In this document: one piece after another, positions 27,368 to 36,113 of the stretch
Layout of the letters: each line of letters begins with the position of its first letter
Numbering within the stretch: the stretch's first letter is position 1
Assembly (NCBI GenBank): GCA_965649495.1
Contig: CBFGLD010000002.1
Coordinates: 200 to 64,199, forward strand
Reading direction: 5' to 3'
Source of the DNA: an uncultured Flavihumibacter sp.
GTDB lineage: Bacteria > Bacteroidota > Bacteroidia > Chitinophagales > Chitinophagaceae
DNA: 64,000 nt
Notes under the pieces: generated by a model
The model's input: only the letters and a program-made list of their open reading frames with translations
Told to the model about the DNA's origin: nothing
The model's database searches: none
Translations under genes and position numbers: made by a program

Positions 27368-27701
27368 AAACATTCCGAATAATAGAGTTCCTGATAAGGG
27401 GAAAAACCAATTGTTTCCGTAAAACGATTAACAATAACAGCACCACGAGGTAAGCTCCCCCGATGATAAAAAATCCCATCTTGATATCCTGCATGGTTTC
27501 CCCAATCCACCAGGCCAGGCCTACCCCCAGGAATAAGAGGATGATCAGTCCAAAAAAACCGATAGCCAGAGCAGCAGCCCCGGTTGACGCTACTTTGGTG
27601 GCTTTATCAGTTGCTTTTACCACTGCCAGTTTGTAATACGATTCCAGCAGGTCACCGGTATGGTCGATCAGGTCTTCCGTTGCGTTTTTGATGGTTTCCA
27701 T
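27360..27701 (-). CDS. Phage holin family (YqjE/holin-X-like) 2-TM membrane protein
   Basis: Helical N-terminus, two TM segments, GFFIIGGAY motif; follows ytxH. Confidence 0.75.
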   Translation of the reverse strand: METIKNATEDLIDHTGDLLESYYKLAVVKATDKATKVASTGAAALAIGFFGLIILLFLGVGLAWWIGETMQDIKMGFFIIGGAYLVVLLLLIVLRKQLVFPLIRNSIIRNVYD

Positions 27702-27723
27702 GGTATAATGAGGTTGGGATGGC

Positions 27724-27760
27724 AAAAAAAATTACCGCACAGGTTTAGACCTGTGCGGTA
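27724..27760 (-). terminator. Hairpin/terminator between ytxH and holin-like gene
   Basis: TACCGCACAGGT-TTAG-ACCTGTGCGGTA with T-tract on the minus strand. Confidence 0.7.
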
Positions 27761-27767
27761 GTGTTTA

Positions 27768-28037
27768 TCAGCTCATGGTAGATCTTGCCTTATTCCATTC
27801 GGAACTGGCCTGGTCAGCAACGTCCTCTGCTTTGGTAGCAACGGTGTTCTTGATGTCTTTCAAATCATTTTGACGGGCGGTGAGCCAATCGGTGAATTCA
27901 CTGGCCCAGTCGCGGGCATTGCTGGCTATTTTATCGCGCAGGTCACATCCCTTTTCGGGCGCAACCAGCATTCCGATAGCAACTCCGGCAGCCGCAGCTC
28001 CCAATACTCCCAATACAATTTTTGATGTAGTAGTCAT
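27768..28037 (-). CDS. YtxH domain-containing protein
   Basis: GVLGAAAAGVAIGMLVAPEKGCDLRDKI signature. Confidence 0.9.
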   Translation of the reverse strand: MTTTSKIVLGVLGAAAAGVAIGMLVAPEKGCDLRDKIASNARDWASEFTDWLTARQNDLKDIKNTVATKAEDVADQASSEWNKARSTMS

Positions 28038-28082
28038 AGTGATAAATTTAATAGTGAGAATTTTAATCCTTTCTTCATGTGG

Positions 28083-28098
28083 TTAAAACTTCATGCCA
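28083..28098 (-). promoter_or_regulatory. Putative sigma-54 promoter of ytxH operon
   Basis: TGGCATGAAGTTTTAA, 61 bp before the ATG. Confidence 0.65.
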
Positions 28099-28209
28099 CC
28101 ATTTTTGTTACTACCTTAGTTTTAGCGGGAGAAAATACCGGAAACAGTACGGGCAAATAATTTCCCGATTATACGTATCCTAAAAAAACTGACAGGTATT
28201 GATGTACCA

Positions 28210-28225
28210 TGGCACTGATTTCGTT
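28210..28225 (+). promoter_or_regulatory. Putative sigma-54 promoter
   Basis: TGGCACTGATTTCGTT, 26 bp before ATG 28236 (would give a near-leaderless mRNA). Confidence 0.55.
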
Positions 28226-28235
28226 TAATTAAATC

Positions 28236-28583
28236 ATGAACTCCTTGAAGAAGATACTGATTGTGGATGACGAAGAGGATCTGTGCATGTTATTGAAGAT
28301 CTATTTTACCCGGAAACAGTATGAGGTAGAGATAGCCAATACCCTTCATGAAGGATTGAAACAGGTGAAGAATTGGAATCCCGACATTCTTTTCCTGGAT
28401 AATAACCTGCCCGATGGTTTGGGATGGGAGAAAGCACCCACCCTGTTAAACGAGCATCCGGATCTTCGTATCCTATTGATCAGCGCTTTCCATCCACCCG
28501 TGCCGGAGCACGATTACCCGGATCGATTGAAAGTAATGGAGAAGCCATTTTCCCAGCAGCAATTGAATTCCCTTAACTTATAA
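28236..28583 (+). CDS. Single-domain response regulator (CheY-like receiver)
   Basis: ILIVDDEEDL, FLDNNLPDG, ISA, EKPF motifs. Confidence 0.9.
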   Translation: MNSLKKILIVDDEEDLCMLLKIYFTRKQYEVEIANTLHEGLKQVKNWNPDILFLDNNLPDGLGWEKAPTLLNEHPDLRILLISAFHPPVPEHDYPDRLKVMEKPFSQQQLNSLNL

Positions 28584-28585
28584 AG

Positions 28586-28615
28586 AAATGCCCGGCTTTT
28601 GGAGCCGGGCATTTT
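28586..28615. terminator. Bidirectional intrinsic terminator
   Basis: AAATGCCCGGCT-N5-AGCCGGGCATTT. Confidence 0.75.
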
Positions 28616-28632
28616 CAGGTATACGTATTATT

Positions 28633-31600
28633 TTATTTTATTTCGGAATAGTCTTTGAACAGTTTGACGGGATTATCTTCCACGAGTTTACGATAAGCTT
28701 TCCAGTCTTTTTCAAAAAAGGCGTTGATTTTTTCGACGGCTTTCCCGATTTCCTGTTCGGCCTCTGTCACCATGCGTTCTTCTTCTGCACCTGGTTTGAG
28801 GGCTTTGGCACTGATGTAGCGGCTGGCCTGCATATAAACGGTCATCGGTGTTGGTGGTTGCTGCGGACGGCCATACCCCTGGCGTTCAATGGTTTTTCCA
28901 TTTACCAGTTCACGTAATTTTTTGATCTCATCCTGCATCTTTTTTCCCGATTTCCGGAGGGTATCTGCTTCTTTCCCGTTCATATCTTTCAGTTGCGCTT
29001 CCATCTTTTTGATAATGTCCTCAGCTTCGGTTAGGCGGTCCATTCCTTCTATCAGCTTATCAGCGCTGCGCTGTAACCTGTCGCGTAGCTGTTTCTGGGC
29101 CAACAGGATCTCATTGCGGTTGCCCATGCGCGGGTCACCTTTCACTACCAGCATAGTACTATCCTTTGCACCGGCCAGTTCCAGCACCACTTTATACGTT
29201 CCGGGCAACACCGATGTTCCCCCCGGTTCCGGGGAATTGGGTCTTGGTTTTGGAGAACCCAGGCGGCGACTTCCGGCCTGCTCCATACCCCAGTAGTTGC
29301 GGTTGTAACCTGAATCGGCCTTCCACTTAAGGGTGCGAACGGGGTTATTGGAGGCGTCGTAAATTTTTACTGTAACGGTATCTGCTTTTTTCCTTGCAGA
29401 ACTGTCCAGCTTAGAATGATCCACCTGGTAGGCGATGGCAGCCCCGGGCCTCCGGTTGTCGGCATCCCAAAGACCCCAGGTGCTCCATTCATAACCTGGC
29501 GCATTCCTGAACTCTGCCTGGTAAGCAACGGGTGGTTCAAAGAGGGTGAGGGCCCTCCCGCTGGCAATCCCTTTACCGGAAGACAGTTTCCGCAGCGGGC
29601 GAATATCATCCAGCACCCAGAGCGCCCTTCCGAAAGTGGCGATTACCAGGTCGGCCTCGCGCTCCTGGATTGCCAGGTCGTAGGTAGACACCGATGGATA
29701 ACCGTTTTTCCATTGTTGCCAGCTGGCCCCGTTGTTGAGGCTTACCCATAAGCCCTGCTCCGTTCCGGCAAAAACCAGGTTGGGCTCAACAGGATCCTGC
29801 AATACGCACAGCGCATAACCAGTAACTTTCTTATCATCCACCATACGGGTCCAGGTCTTTCCATAATCCGTGGTGCGGAAAATATAAGCTCCAAAATCGC
29901 CACGACGATAATCGTTCACCACTACGAACGCCTCGCCGCCATTATGCCTCCCGGCCTGTATCTGCGGTACCCACGCACCTTTTGGCATGCCTGGAATCTT
30001 TCCGCCGAAATTGGTCCAGGTTTTCCCGCCATCGCGGGTCAGCTGCACATTTCCATCATCTGTTCCCACCCAGATCACACCTTTTTCTTTTGCAGATGGT
30101 GCAATGGTGAGGATGGTGCAATGGTTCTCGGCACCAGTTATGTCAAGGCTCAATCCACCGTTCTTGTTCTGGTCGATCTTAATGGAATCGTTGGTGGTGA
30201 GGTCACCGGAAATGGCTTCCCAACTGTTTCCTTTATTGGTGCTCTTATGGAGGTACTGGCTGCCGAAATAGATCGTACTGTTATCAAAAGGATCCTGTGC
30301 TATGGCTGCATTCCAGTTGAAACGCAACTGCGTTTGCAGGTTGGGGTTAGGCGGCTTCACGAACCAGCTTTCCCCTGTTTTGGTATGGTAGCGACCTACA
30401 TTACCACCCTGGCTCATCGCATATACCCAACTGTTATCGTCTGGATCCGGCATCATATCAAATCCGTCTCCGCCCCAAATACTTTCCCAGTAATAGTTTT
30501 TGATACCGCCGTTTATCCAGGTATACGCGGGCCCACGCCAGGAACCGTTGTCCTGCATGCCACCCATCACATTATAGGGGATCTCGTTGTCTACGTTGAT
30601 GTGATAGAACTGGCCCACAGGAAGTTTCTCATCAAAGTTCCAGGTTTTTCCCAGGTCACGGCTGATGCCGATGCCACCATCGTTACCGTCTATAATGAGC
30701 TTGTTATCCTCAGGGTGGATCCAGAAAGCATGGTGGTCAGGGTGGATACCGTTATAAGGGATTACGACCCTGAAATCTTTTCCGCCGTCTTCACTTACCC
30801 CGATCATCTGGTAGATGAGCCAAAGCCTGTTCTCGTTCAGCGGGTCTACGGCGATCTCCTGGAAATAAAAAGGACGGTTGGTGACCCAATTGGGGTTGCT
30901 GTTGATGAGTTTCCATGTGTAGCCCCCATCGTCGCTACGGTACAGGCCATTCTTATTAGCTTCAACCAGTGCGTATACCACATCCGGGTTACTCCTGGAA
31001 ATGGCCAGTCCGATGCGGCCGTAGTCGCCTTCGGGCAGCCCATTCTCCTTACCCAGCTTTTTCCAGGACTTTCCTGCATCCAGGGTCATATAGAGCCCAC
31101 TGCCGCTGCCACCGCTGCTGAAGCTCCAGGGTGTGCGGTAGTGGTGCCACATGGCAGCGAACAATTTATTGGGATTGGAGGGATCCATTATCATGTCTCC
31201 GATGCCCGAACTGTCATTGGTGTAAAGAATCTTGTTCCAGGTGGCGCCACCGTCTGTGGTCTTAAAGACACCACGCTCGGGATGCGGCGCATAGGGGTTA
31301 CCTATAACACCGGCATATACGGTATTCGGATCTTCGGGATTGATGATCACCCGGTGAATATTGCGGGTCTTTTCCAACCCTACCCGCTGCCAGGAACGGC
31401 CGCCGTCCAGCGTTTTGAACATCCCTTCTCCAATATTAATGGAGTTGCGGGGATTACCCTCGCCCGTACCCACCCATACAATGTTGGGATTACTTTGCTG
31501 AATGGCGATGGACCCGATGTTCAGGATCGGCTGCTCTTCAAAAACAGGTTTCCAGGAGGCTCCGCTGTTTTCTGTCTTCCAGACCCCACCGGAAGCGGCG

Positions 31601-31830
31601 CCGATATAGATCACGGACGGGTTGTCTACCACCGCATCGATGGCAGTTATCCGGCCGCTCATGCCGGATGGCCCAATGTTACGGGGTTTCCAGTTTTTAA
31701 ATTGTTCCAGGCTGAAGCCGGACTGGGCGGCGGGTTGTACCGGGGCGGACTTTTTGCGCTGGGCCTCCGCGGGAATAGTGGCAAAGGCCAGCAGCGCAGC
31801 AGCCAGCAGCGATCTTCTCATGAGTGTCAT
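28633..31830 (-). CDS. VPS10/BNR-repeat beta-propeller protein (glycosyl hydrolase-like), secreted
   Basis: Signal peptide, IGPSGMSGRI, many S/T-x-D-G-G-x-T/S-W Asp-boxes, C-terminal coiled coil. Confidence 0.88.
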   Translation of the reverse strand: MTLMRRSLLAAALLAFATIPAEAQRKKSAPVQPAAQSGFSLEQFKNWKPRNIGPSGMSGRITAIDAVVDNPSVIYIGAASGGVWKTENSGASWKPVFEEQPILNIGSIAIQQSNPNIVWVGTGEGNPRNSINIGEGMFKTLDGGRSWQRVGLEKTRNIHRVIINPEDPNTVYAGVIGNPYAPHPERGVFKTTDGGATWNKILYTNDSSGIGDMIMDPSNPNKLFAAMWHHYRTPWSFSSGGSGSGLYMTLDAGKSWKKLGKENGLPEGDYGRIGLAISRSNPDVVYALVEANKNGLYRSDDGGYTWKLINSNPNWVTNRPFYFQEIAVDPLNENRLWLIYQMIGVSEDGGKDFRVVIPYNGIHPDHHAFWIHPEDNKLIIDGNDGGIGISRDLGKTWNFDEKLPVGQFYHINVDNEIPYNVMGGMQDNGSWRGPAYTWINGGIKNYYWESIWGGDGFDMMPDPDDNSWVYAMSQGGNVGRYHTKTGESWFVKPPNPNLQTQLRFNWNAAIAQDPFDNSTIYFGSQYLHKSTNKGNSWEAISGDLTTNDSIKIDQNKNGGLSLDITGAENHCTILTIAPSAKEKGVIWVGTDDGNVQLTRDGGKTWTNFGGKIPGMPKGAWVPQIQAGRHNGGEAFVVVNDYRRGDFGAYIFRTTDYGKTWTRMVDDKKVTGYALCVLQDPVEPNLVFAGTEQGLWVSLNNGASWQQWKNGYPSVSTYDLAIQEREADLVIATFGRALWVLDDIRPLRKLSSGKGIASGRALTLFEPPVAYQAEFRNAPGYEWSTWGLWDADNRRPGAAIAYQVDHSKLDSSARKKADTVTVKIYDASNNPVRTLKWKADSGYNRNYWGMEQAGSRRLGSPKPRPNSPEPGGTSVLPGTYKVVLELAGAKDSTMLVVKGDPRMGNRNEILLAQKQLRDRLQRSADKLIEGMDRLTEAEDIIKKMEAQLKDMNGKEADTLRKSGKKMQDEIKKLRELVNGKTIERQGYGRPQQPPTPMTVYMQASRYISAKALKPGAEEERMVTEAEQEIGKAVEKINAFFEKDWKAYRKLVEDNPVKLFKDYSEIK

Positions 31831-31943
31831 TGCGGAAAGTTTATTATAGTGAAAATTACTGGATATTAACTTTCCATGTAGCCAAGAATTTTATGAATGG
31901 CTTATCTTAGTGTTGAAACAGTAAAAACCAAACCATAACAATC

Positions 31944-32531
31944 ATGAAGAAAATGCACCTGTTGCTGGCAACCGCCGGCTTATTTTTTGCCGCCACCTCT
32001 TTTGCCCAAACAAAATGGAAGCTGGATAAAGGCCATTCCAGTGTTCGCTTTTCTGTAAGCCATATGGTAGTTGCAGAAGCGGAGGGAACCTTTAAATTGT
32101 GGGACGGCACCGTTGAGCACACCAAGGCCGATTTCACGGATGCCAAAATCAACTTCTCTATTGATGTGAATTCAATCAACACGGATAATGAGCGCCGGGA
32201 TACCCACCTGAAGAGTGATGATTTTTTTAATGCTGAAAAGTATCCGACCATCAAGTTCGAAAGTACTTCCATGCAACTGGTCAGCGGCAACAAGTATAAA
32301 CTTAATGGAAACCTAACCATCCGTGATATAACTAAACCGGTGACCTTTGATGTTACCTACGGTGGTCAGTTGGCTGGGCAACGCGGCACCAAGGCAGGTT
32401 TTAAGGCAACTACCACCATTAACCGATTCGATTACAACCTGAAATGGGACCGTGCAACAGAAACCGGTGGATTGGTAGTTGGAAAAGACGTTGAGATCTC
32501 GGTTAAGGTAGAATTGGACCAGGTAAAATAA
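31944..32531 (+). CDS. YceI family polyisoprenoid-binding protein
   Basis: WKLDKGHSSVRF, SINTDNERRDTHLKSDDFF, GNLTIRDITKPV. Confidence 0.93.
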   Translation: MKKMHLLLATAGLFFAATSFAQTKWKLDKGHSSVRFSVSHMVVAEAEGTFKLWDGTVEHTKADFTDAKINFSIDVNSINTDNERRDTHLKSDDFFNAEKYPTIKFESTSMQLVSGNKYKLNGNLTIRDITKPVTFDVTYGGQLAGQRGTKAGFKATTTINRFDYNLKWDRATETGGLVVGKDVEISVKVELDQVK

Positions 32532-32555
32532 ATAGTCTCTCCCTTTATTGAGGCA

Positions 32556-32721
32556 CAAAGTAAAGCCCCTCTGTCCAGGAGGGGCTTTTTTTCACGATAA
32601 CCGTAAAATTTTCCAGATAAATGACCAACAATCAAAATAATACAACCGTACGAAAAATATCTTTGGTTTAGTGTTTAGGGGTTCCTCTTTTTAGCTGCAG
32701 GCGGCTGGTTGCCTGCTTGCT
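32556..32721 (-). ncRNA. Candidate small RNA
   Basis: -7-like box CATCTTTG (32733-32726), 9-bp repeats at 21-bp offset upstream, terminator downstream, no convincing ORF. Confidence 0.35.
32562..32592. terminator. Bidirectional intrinsic terminator
   Basis: AAAGCCCCTC...GAGGGGCTTT with T-tract. Confidence 0.8.
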
Positions 32722-32797
32722 GAAACAAAGATGCAAACAGTTTTTGGACCTTGCCAGCCCCTTTCGCCAAAGGGTCGTTTTTGTTCGATGAACTGAC

Positions 32798-34726
32798 TTA
32801 AAAGGCTTTTTTGTCGCCCGTTGCAGGTGCTTTCCGAAGATGCTTTTCCAGGAATGAAAGGGTCACTTCGGCAGCTTTCATCTGGTTGGCTTTTTTCAGG
32901 AATCCATGTCCTTCATCGGGGAACAACACGTATTCCACCGCTACACCGTTTTTACGTGCCCCCGCCACAATTTCGTCGCTTTCCACCTGCAACACCCTGG
33001 GGTCATTGGACCCCTGGAGAACCAGCAGCGGTGTTTTTATTTTATCCGTATTAAAAAGAGGTGAGATGTTCTTTAGCCGTACACTGTCGGCTGTTGAAGG
33101 ATCTCCCATTTCATCATACAGCGCTTTGCGGAAGCTTTCCCAGTAGGGCGGAATGCTGCGCAGTGTGCGCAACCAGTTGGTGACACCAAAAAGATTGACT
33201 CCCACCGCGAATTCGTTCGGGTACTGGATGATGCCTGCCAGGCTCATGAATCCCCCGTAACTGCCGCCGTAGATCCCGATTTTGCCCGCATCGATGTAGG
33301 GCTGACCAGCCAGCCATTTCTTTCCCCACACACAATCCTTCAGGTCTTTATCGCCGTGGTTCTGGTTATCCATGGCAAAAAAGGTCTTCCCGTAACCGCT
33401 GCTGCCGCGGTTGTTCACAGCCAGTATGGCGTAGCCATGATTCACGAAATACTGGATGGCCTGGTTGTATCCAGCCATGCTTTGTCCACCGGGACCGCCG
33501 TGTACCCAAACCAGTGCCGGCACCTTCGTTGCAGGGGATGCCTGGTGTGGTTTATAAAAGATTGCAGGAATTTCTATCCCGTCGAACGATTTGAATCGTA
33601 CCACTTCCGCGTCTACCAGGTCGGCGGCATCGATTTCGGGATTCAGGGAGCGCGTGAGCCGTTCCAACTTACCGGAAGCGGGTTCGTGGAACCAAATATT
33701 CAGCGGGTTCCGGTCGCCTGCCACGCCCAAAAGCATACGCTCTTCGGATGGTGAAAAAGTGACGTAGCGGATGGTGCCATCGGGTATGCGTGGCAGTTTC
33801 AGCTCTTTACCGGAAGCATGGTCAAACAGGCGGCATCCCATCCGTCCATCCTCATTAAGGTAAACCGCGCGATATTTACCGTTGCGGCTAATATCCATAC
33901 CCTGAACATCCCAGTTAGTTGCCAGGACTTTGGTCCGCTGACCCGATTGCAGGTCGTATTTTACCAGGTAGGTGAACTCACTGCCCTCATTGGTGGTATA
34001 ATAAAAAGCGCTGTTATCAGGGTCAAAGCCGGAAGAAGAGTAATTGGCCATTCCGGTATCCGCGGAGATTTTGGTCAGCTTACCCGTGGCAAGTTCGGCC
34101 AGGTAGAGCTCGGAGCGGTCTGTGGTGATGGCTTTTACCAGGGTCAGCCATTTTTCATCGTGGCTCAGATCCCCGGTGTTGAGCGCGGAATCGTTCTGGT
34201 AGATCATTTTGGACTGCCAGTTGCTGCGCTCCATCTTATAGAGGTCGAATACGCGGGGGTCACGGCGGTTGCTGACAAAATAGAAGGCATCGCGCGACCG
34301 GTTCCAGCCGCCGAAATTGGCTTTTTCCTTTTCGCCGGGAGTCAGGTCCCTGACGCTGCCATCGCCTTTTAATAAATACAAGTGGCTGTTCTCGTTTCCA
34401 CCCTGGTCGGCAGCATACAGGATATCACTACTGCCGGGAACGAATCCCAGGGCAAAATAGGATTCTTTTTCAGACTGGGTCACCGGCTTTATGGCACGTG
34501 AGGCCAGGTCCATCCGGTACACATTGAAAATGCCGGTACTGTTGTGGCTCATTAGCACTTGCTTTTCATCGTCGTGGAAGGAAGCACTGTTGTAGCTCAC
34601 CGTTTTATAAAACTGTTCAATGGTATATTGCCTGACCTTCCGGGCCGTATTGGTTGTTTGCTGGGCACAAACCGAAAAGGAAAGCACAGCCAGGCAAATA
34701 GCCTGCAAAAAGAGTTGTTTCCGCAT
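32798..34726 (-). CDS. S9 family (prolyl oligopeptidase/acylaminoacyl) peptidase, secreted
   Basis: HGGP, NNRGSSGYG, GGSYGG nucleophile, NDPRV, DEGHGF. Confidence 0.93.
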   Translation of the reverse strand: MRKQLFLQAICLAVLSFSVCAQQTTNTARKVRQYTIEQFYKTVSYNSASFHDDEKQVLMSHNSTGIFNVYRMDLASRAIKPVTQSEKESYFALGFVPGSSDILYAADQGGNENSHLYLLKGDGSVRDLTPGEKEKANFGGWNRSRDAFYFVSNRRDPRVFDLYKMERSNWQSKMIYQNDSALNTGDLSHDEKWLTLVKAITTDRSELYLAELATGKLTKISADTGMANYSSSGFDPDNSAFYYTTNEGSEFTYLVKYDLQSGQRTKVLATNWDVQGMDISRNGKYRAVYLNEDGRMGCRLFDHASGKELKLPRIPDGTIRYVTFSPSEERMLLGVAGDRNPLNIWFHEPASGKLERLTRSLNPEIDAADLVDAEVVRFKSFDGIEIPAIFYKPHQASPATKVPALVWVHGGPGGQSMAGYNQAIQYFVNHGYAILAVNNRGSSGYGKTFFAMDNQNHGDKDLKDCVWGKKWLAGQPYIDAGKIGIYGGSYGGFMSLAGIIQYPNEFAVGVNLFGVTNWLRTLRSIPPYWESFRKALYDEMGDPSTADSVRLKNISPLFNTDKIKTPLLVLQGSNDPRVLQVESDEIVAGARKNGVAVEYVLFPDEGHGFLKKANQMKAAEVTLSFLEKHLRKAPATGDKKAF

Positions 34727-34803
34727 ATTCCAGGATTTAGATCCTGAATTTACGCAGCAACAGTTTCACATCATACCAAATCATCATTTAATACAGCCGG
34801 TGG

Positions 34804-35376
34804 TCAATCCTGTTTATCCTTTTTATCCTGGTAACCTTTTTCTGCATCGCGGGCTTTTTCAAAATCAAGGATAACGCCGTTGATACAATAGCGGAGACCA
34901 GTGGGCGGGGGGCCGTCTTCAAAAACATGGCCCAGGTGGGCCTTGCAGCGGCCACAGGTCACTTCCGTTCGGCTCATGCCGTGGGAGTGGTCGGGGGTAT
35001 ATATAATACTGGATTTTGAAATCGGCTCATAAAAGCTGGGCCATCCGCAACCGCTTTCAAACTTGGTATCGCTGCGGAAAAGGGGGTTGCCGCAGGCCCT
35101 GCAATAATAAGTACCCACCTCTTTAAAGCCTTCGAACCGGCTGGTCCATGGTCTTTCGGTACCTTTCTGCCGGGCGATATAATACACGTCTTCGGGCAGG
35201 ATTTTTTTCCATTCCTCATCGGTCAGTTGAACGGTATCCTTAGCGTTGCGGGAATATACAGGGTTATTATTGGTGTCCATTTTTGTCTTTTTTTGAGGGG
35301 ATGGTTGCGAGAAACTGCATTGCTGGAAAGCAAGCAGGCAGGAAAATAAAACGATGTATCGTATTAGTAATGCCAT
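34804..35376 (-). CDS. msrB: Peptide-methionine (R)-S-oxide reductase with signal peptide
   Basis: KGTERP, KFESGCGWPSF, HLGHVFEDGP, RYCIN; two CxxC motifs. Confidence 0.93.
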   Translation of the reverse strand: MALLIRYIVLFSCLLAFQQCSFSQPSPQKKTKMDTNNNPVYSRNAKDTVQLTDEEWKKILPEDVYYIARQKGTERPWTSRFEGFKEVGTYYCRACGNPLFRSDTKFESGCGWPSFYEPISKSSIIYTPDHSHGMSRTEVTCGRCKAHLGHVFEDGPPPTGLRYCINGVILDFEKARDAEKGYQDKKDKQD

Positions 35377-35507
35377 CTCTCCATAACAAACTTACCCCCT
35401 CAAAGTTGCATAAGAATTGGCAAGATCAACCGGTTGCGGGTAATTTAATGGGGTATTTTTAACACACAAGCCTTAAATTTGAACCTCATCAGGATTCTTG
35501 CAAGCAT

Positions 35508-36089
35508 ATGTTCAATTTAATTCTTTTCGGCCCTCCCGGCAGCGGTAAGGGCACCCAATCCGAAAGGCTTATAGCTCGTTATGGTCTGAAACATCTGTCT
35601 ACCGGTGATATCCTTCGCAGTGAGATCGCCGCCCAGACAAGCCTGGGGCTGGAAGCCAAGACCCTTATGGACCGTGGTGAACTGGTACCGGATGAAGTGG
35701 TTATCGGAATGATCCGTTCCGCACTGGACAATAACCCCCAGGCGAAAGGTTTCCTCTTTGACGGGTTTCCGCGTACCAAGGCGCAAAGTGAGGCGCTGGA
35801 CCGGTTGCTGGAAGAAAGAGGCGAAAGCATTAATGTGGTACTGGCCCTGGAAGTTACGGAAGAGGAGTTGATCAAGCGTCTGCTTAACCGCGGACTCACC
35901 AGTGGCAGAAGTGATGACACGAATGAAGCGGTGATCCGGGCGCGGATCGCTGAATACCATAAAAAGACATCGGCGGTAGCGGATCATTACCGGGATTTCG
36001 GCAAGGTAGTAGGCGTTAAAGGCGAAGGTACCGTGGATGAGATCTTCGATTCTCTTTGCGAGGAGATCGAAAAGCGCCAGGTGGCCTGA
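35508..36089 (+). CDS. adk: Adenylate kinase (short LID)
   Basis: GPPGSGKGTQ, HLSTGDILR, GFLFDGFPRT, GRSDD. Confidence 0.95.
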   Translation: MFNLILFGPPGSGKGTQSERLIARYGLKHLSTGDILRSEIAAQTSLGLEAKTLMDRGELVPDEVVIGMIRSALDNNPQAKGFLFDGFPRTKAQSEALDRLLEERGESINVVLALEVTEEELIKRLLNRGLTSGRSDDTNEAVIRARIAEYHKKTSAVADHYRDFGKVVGVKGEGTVDEIFDSLCEEIEKRQVA

Positions 36090-36113
36090 TAGATGAAAAG
36101 TCAGTTCCGGGGA

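Noticed and set aside
27360-27701. Prophage suggested by the holin-family gene
   Set aside because: No endolysin, structural or integrase genes; this family is typical of stress operons
9994-28583. Stress block as a mobile genomic island
   Set aside because: No integrase, transposase, tRNA site or flanking direct repeats seen; it looks somewhat more AT-rich by eye but I did not compute GC content
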